Source of the DNA: Squalus acanthias
Taxonomy: Eukaryota
Assembly (NCBI GenBank): GCA_030390025.1
Contig: CM059447.1
Coordinates: 48,856,001-48,920,000 of the forward strand
Direction: 5' to 3'
Length of the DNA stretch: 64,000 bases
The translations under genes and the position numbers were made by a program. Shown here piece by piece: positions 63,901-64,000 of this stretch. The notes beneath the pieces were generated by a model. The model searched no databases, had not been told where the DNA came from, and was given only the letters and a program-made list of their open reading frames with translations. Positions within the stretch are counted from its first letter, which is position 1. Every line of letters begins with the position of its first letter.

Positions 63901-64000
63901 GCACTGTCAGAAGGGGCAGTACTGAGGGAGCGCCGCACTGTCGGAGGGGCAGTACTGAGGGAGCGCCGCACTGTTGGAGGGGCAGTACTGAGGGAGCGCC
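60969..64000 (+). repeat. SINE head followed by a >85-unit 33-bp minisatellite running off the window
   Basis: tRNA-like head 60969-61075, then the tandem array. Confidence 0.93.

Noticed and set aside
61097-63971. 659-744 aa repetitive ORFs
   Set aside because: Same minisatellite artefact.
50396-64000. CRISPR-like arrays
   Set aside because: Head-to-tail tandem repeats without unique spacers, no cas genes, and eukaryotic context.

Overview
Repeat-dense vertebrate genomic DNA. The repeat families (CR1 and L2 LINEs, a tRNA-headed Deu-domain SINE, Penelope-type hammerhead repeats, Harbinger relics) suggest a cartilaginous fish; this is inference. Most long ORFs in the track come from LINE reverse-transcriptase fragments or from a 33-bp SINE-derived minisatellite. 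The key content is a pair of intact, spliced, tail-to-tail immunoglobulin-superfamily genes assembled here by hand from splice signals. Gene A (+, 13570-20275) has 8 coding exons and 343 aa; gene B (-, 32281-24921) has 6 coding exons and 302 aa. Each encodes leader / V domain with a germline-fused J-like GxG strand / C1-type domain / membrane-proximal Cys + TM / cytoplasmic tail ending in an ITIM or ITIM-like motif. They look like non-rearranging, TCR/Ig-light-chain-like inhibitory receptors and may form a disulfide-linked heterodimer. Also present: a candidate alternative GPI-signal exon for gene B, a degenerate second copy of the gene B promoter lying head-to-head with gene A, an Ig-type octamer upstream of gene A, three minimal hammerhead ribozymes, a Harbinger Myb-protein relic and a MITE, several CTCF-like sites and one 168-N gap.
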